A DNA stretch of 63,798 nucleotides, counting the filler, from Octopus bimaculoides (lineage: Eukaryota), in the NCBI RefSeq assembly GCF_001194135.2. It is 7 parts of 6 records of this genome, joined end to end, with 100 filler letters (N's around TTAATTAATTAA, not from the genome) between each part and the next. Parts side by side here need not be neighbours in the genome. Positions count along the whole stretch, not along the records: positions 61,669 to 63,798 come from NC_068987.1; 6 more parts are not named here. One strand, given 5' to 3'. This document shows, piece by piece, positions 62,236 to 63,798 of this stretch. How positions within the stretch are numbered: the first letter of the stretch is position 1; each line of letters starts with the position of its first letter. The notes under the pieces are model-generated. The model saw only the letters and a program-made list of their open reading frames with translations, had not been told where the DNA came from and searched no databases. Both the position numbers and the translations under genes were made by a program.

Positions 62236-63304
62236 ATATATATCTATATATATGTATGTATGTATATATATATATATATATATATNNNNNNNNNNNNNNN
62301 NNNNNNNNNNNNNNNNNNNNNNNNNNNNNNNNNNNNNNNNNNNNNNNNNNNNNNNNNNNNNNNNNNNNNNNNNNNNNNNNNNNNNNNNNNNNNNNNNNNN
62401 NNNNNNNNNNNNNNNNNNNNNNNNNNNNNNNNNNNNNNNNNNNNNNNNNNNNNNNNNNNNNNNNNNNNNNNNNNNNNNNNNNNNNNNNNNNNNNNNNNNN
62501 NNNNNNNNNNNNNNNNNNNNNNNNNNNNNNNNNNNNNNNNNNNNNNNNNNNNNNNNNNNNNNNNNNNNNNNNNNNNNNNNNNNNNNNNNNNNNNNNNNNN
62601 NNNNNNNNNNNNNNNNNNNNNNNNNNNNNNNNNNNNNNNNNNNNNNNNNNNNNNNNNNNNNNNNNNNNNNNNNNNNNNNNNNNNNNNNNNNNNNNNNNNN
62701 NNNNNNNNNNNNNNNNNNNNNNNNNNNNNNNNNNNNNNNNNNNNNNNNNNNNNNNNNNNNNNNNNNNNNNNNNNNNNNNNNNNNNNNNNNNNNNNNNNNN
62801 NNNNNNNNNNNNNNNNNNNNNNNNNNNNNNNNNNNNNNNNNNNNNNNNNNNNNNNNNNNNNNNNNNNNNNNNNNNNNNNNNNNNNNNNNNNNNNNNNNNN
62901 NNNNNNNNNNNNNNNNNNNNNNNNNNNNNNNNNNNNNNNNNNNNNNNNNNNNNNNNNNNNNNNNNNNNNNNNNNNNNNNNNNNNNNNNNNNNNNNNNNNN
63001 NNNNNNNNNNNNNNNNNNNNNNNNNNNNNNNNNNNNNNNNNNNNNNNNNNNNNNNNNNNNNNNNNNNNNNNNNNNNNNNNNNNNNNNNNNNNNNNNNNNN
63101 NNNNNNNNNNNNNNNNNNNNNNNNNNNNNNNNNNNNNNNNNNNNNNNNNNNNNNNNNNNNNNNNNNNNNNNNNNNNNNNNNNNNNNNNNNNNNNNNNNNN
63201 NNNNNNNNNNNNNNNNNNNNNNNNNNNNNNNNNNNNNNNNNNNNNNNNNNNNNNNNNNNNNNNNNNNNNNNATATATATATATATATATGTATATATATA
63301 CATG

Positions 63305-63339
<35 letters not shown>

Positions 63340-63425
63340 GTGTATATATATGTATATATATGTGTGTATATATATGTGTATGTATATATGTATATATGTG
63401 TGTATATATACATGTATGTATGTAT

Positions 63426-63457
<32 letters not shown>

Positions 63458-63493
63458 GTACATATATATATATATTTATATATATATATACAA

Positions 63494-63798
63494 AAAGCAC
63501 CACTGATGCCATATTTCTAGTAAGACAGCTGCAGGAGAAATACCAAAACCTAGCCAAGGATAAGCCTCTGTACCTGGCTTTCGTTGACATGGAGAAAGCC
63601 TTTGACAGGGTCCCCCGATCCCTTATCTGGTGGTCAATGAGGAAACTTGGGATAGAAGAATGGTTAGTGAGAGCTGTGCGAGCCATGTACAGAGATGCTG
63701 TCAGTAAGGTGAGGGTTAGAAATGAGTACAGTAATGAATTCCGGGTAGAGGTAGGGGTCCACCAAGGTACCGTCCTCAGCCCCCTCCTATTTATCATA
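63494..63798 (+). mobile_element. Young RTE LINE RT fragment running off the window
   Basis: Uninterrupted [15 protein letters not shown]...[13 protein letters not shown]...[15 protein letters not shown]. Confidence 0.92.

Noticed and set aside
62140-63797. Long ORFs (400-517 aa) spanning N gaps, also at 5979-6658, 12466-13541, 19477-20266, 22087-23661 and 50218-51029
   Set aside because: Open only because N codons are untranslatable; the flanks are TA/CA microsatellite translations.

Overview
AT-rich, microsatellite-saturated animal genomic DNA with many N gaps. The SINE and RTE repertoire suggests an octopus (inference). One conserved gene is well supported: DTWD1 on the minus strand, with 4 coding exons (60584-60420, 59668-59531, 57193-56872, 55484-55207) that splice GT-AG into 300 aa with a CxxC..CxxC motif and DSTW. 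Converging on it from the plus strand is a candidate lineage-specific 177-aa cell-surface gene (signal-like leader, Ig-like fold, Thr stalk, GPI-like tail; all introns phase 1) whose last exon is present twice. The rest is mostly transposon debris: five RTE LINE relics, L1/Tx1-like and R4/Dong-like fragments, several tRNA-SINE families, a Buster/hAT element with TIRs and TSD, a full-span Chapaev3 element with TIRs and TTA TSD, piggyBac-like MITEs, Helitron-like elements and a 37-nt U2 snRNA retro-fragment. The most striking signal is a recurring set of fold-back (inverted, truncated duplicate) insertions. One of them (16421-17055) is a tRNA-headed SINE-like element carrying an intact minimal hammerhead ribozyme, arranged like a Penelope-type insertion. 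A second, degenerate hammerhead lies in a fold-back in DTWD1 intron 2. All calls come from reading the sequence; no searches were run.
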